NCBI GenBank assembly: GCA_050613775.1 | Contig: JBODTK010000125.1 | Span: 124,001-188,000, forward strand | Direction: 5' to 3' | Length of the DNA stretch: 64,000 bases | DNA from: Neocallimastix sp. 'constans' | Lineage: Eukaryota | Shown here: positions 62,013-64,000 of the stretch, in pieces | How positions within the stretch are numbered: the first letter of the stretch is position 1 | How the letters are laid out: each line of letters starts with the position of its first letter | Notes under the pieces: model-generated | Seen by the model: only the letters and a program-made list of their open reading frames with translations | Database searches by the model: none | What the model was told of the DNA's origin: nothing | Translations under genes and position numbers: made by a program

Positions 62013-64000
62013 AATTTTTTTTACATCACGAACTAATAAAACATCTAGTTCATTTCTTAATGTAACTAATTATTATTCATAATCATCTTGCTGAGATTTT
62101 AAAACTTTTACAGAATGAAATTCAATACATTCTTTAATATTTCATTTATTTCCACTAAAAATATATACAAAAACATAAATTACTAACGAGTTCAGTAATA
62201 AAATTTTAAAATTATAGCGACTTTTAAAAGAATTATAAATTTTGAATAAATATATATTCAAAATTTATATGAATCAATTGAGATTAATCCTATAACCACT
62301 GACAAAAACATTTAATAAACCATATGAATATTACAAAATTAACTAGTTTAATATTTTTTAAATATATATACACCATAACAATTCCAATGAAAAAATTCAA
62401 ATAATTATATAAATTTAATTTTTTCTTTATTAATATTTTCAATTTTAAATCTATTTTACAAATTTAATTTATTAATTTACAAACTATTTATTTATTATCA
62501 AATAAAATCATATTTAATAAAATTTTAATAATATAATTTTTAAATTAATTATTTCACTATAAGATTTTTATTATTTTCAGTAATAAAGTGGTATCATAGA
62601 TTAAAAGCGATATTCGACACTAGGCGTTGTGTCATCAACTAATAATCACTCAAACGCAAATTACGACCATCATTAAATAATAAAAATTTTTTGAAAAAAC
62701 ATTTATTTGTTTATTAATTAAAAACATATAATAACTAAATTATAATTATTATATCTTCATAACTAATAATAATAAATAAATCAGAGAATTGTAGTTTATT
62801 TTTGACTATCATATAATATACTTATAATATAGCAAAAATTCTTCATCATTTTATTTTTTAAATGTTTCTTAATCAATATGTAATAGAGTATTTATTTTAT
62901 TAATTAAAATATTTTACTCCCTATTACATAATAAAATTATACATACTTTTTTTTGCATTATTTATTCATAATTTTCAGAGATCTTGGTGATAATTTATAA
63001 ATTGTCATCATAATATAAATATTAAGGAGCGAATAATCATCACTAAATTATAAATAAATAATATTATCTTTTACTCAATTAATAATATTAATATAAACCT
63101 TATCTTTATATTATTTATTATTAATATTCAGTTTCTTTACAAAGATGAAAATTTGAAAATCTATAAAAAAGAAAGAACTTTTATATGGAAATTTAAATAA
63201 AGTTAATTGGTTCTGATATTATTTAATGATTGGATTAAATATTTTTAGTATTTAATTTAATGTAAAAAAATATTAATAATTGTTGTTTATTTATTTAAAA
63301 TAATAATACATTTAGTATTATGGATAACAAGAAGAAAAGTGGATTGTACATTCATAATATTTTATAAAGAATGTATATCACGTGATTACATTGGTTTCAT
63401 ATATTCAAGTTATACATATTATTTAAAAAGATTGTTAATATAAATTTATACAACATAAAATAAACGTATTAAATAATTTATAAAACATAAATATTCTTAA
63501 ATAAATCACATAATGAATAAATATATATTTATTAATAATATATAAAATAATATAATTAAATACATAGAATAAAATACATGAAATTTTTTACAATAATATT
63601 AATCTAACCGGAGTACTTGTATAATAAACATTTTCCCAGTAAAACTTCAGTATTTCTCCTGGAAGTTAATTATTGTACTTGTGTATTATTAACCTACTCC
63701 ATATTATATCACAAAATAAAATTTGAGGTTCTATTTAAAATTATTAATATATATATATATATATTTTTTCTCATTTTATATATATTAAAATATTTATTTA
63801 GTTAGTTATTTTTATTTAATATTTTATTTTAAAGAGTTATTATACTTAGAGGGTTATAAATATTCAATTATATTTTTATAATTATTTTATTGATAATTTG
63901 AGATTTTATATTACTTGTAAAAAATGCTTTTATTTTTATTATGAATAAACTAGAAAAAAATACAAATTTATTTTATTAAGAACTAGTTTCAACATGTAAT

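Larger units (their letters stand above)
56171..62150 (-). pseudogene. M16A metallopeptidase (insulin-degrading enzyme/Ste23-like) pseudogene interrupted by LINEs
   Basis: Collinear fragments: KVLKSQQDDYE**LVTLRNELDVLLVRD (~62020-62110); LSVNVGYLNDPDDLPGLAHFCEHLLLM (HXXEH, ~61040-61124); CKTLNDISFQFKEKSKP...YPKEHII (~57740-57855); EKYYVYEYSIQNID; LNQALHLPKVNPFVPKDF; LRIWFKRNDIFFVPK*; QLVKEALNKDSYHAEIA; VNVQGYSE; KKEIYEFFVKH..VKSPNRGKFSIHI...YKPIEEYLVD* (stop 56171-56173). Confidence 0.88.

Noticed and set aside
62585..62670. TGGTATCA primer-binding-site-like word and a GACAC...GTGTC mini-hairpin
   Set aside because: No identifiable LTR or gag ORF nearby; too short to support.

Overview
Extremely AT-rich, intron-rich eukaryotic DNA with long homopolymer and (AAT)n tracts. 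The fungal-type Psf2 and Pol1 sequences plus the composition point to an anaerobic gut fungus (Neocallimastigomycota); this is inference. Exons were assembled by eye, so internal coordinates are approximate. Spliced genes: dynein light intermediate chain (+, 1144-4773), a single-pass membrane protein (-, 13195-14317), MEMO1/Mho1 (-, 36128-37981), GINS subunit Psf2 (-, 40701-42001) and DNA polymerase alpha catalytic subunit (+, 44187-51633, about 24 exons), the last two arranged head-to-head. Intronless genes: a 1421-aa secreted protein with a degenerate expansin/RlpA-like barrel, a dibasic site and a huge acidic repeat stalk (-, 6235-10500), a coiled-coil protein with two hydrophobic C-terminal segments (-, 32079-33635) and a K/Q-rich protein (-, 53894-54889). 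Accessory DNA: a ~10 kb ORF-free desert, a nest of decayed retroelements at 24.9-30.9 kb (copia-like relic plus several LINE 3' ends, one with a clean 13-bp TSD), a 355-bp foldback and two pairs of hairpin sites around MEMO1, and an M16A insulinase pseudogene (-, ~56.2-62.2 kb) broken by two LINE insertions. The LINE fragments together suggest an unusual single-ORF architecture. No tRNA, rRNA or CRISPR array was recognised.
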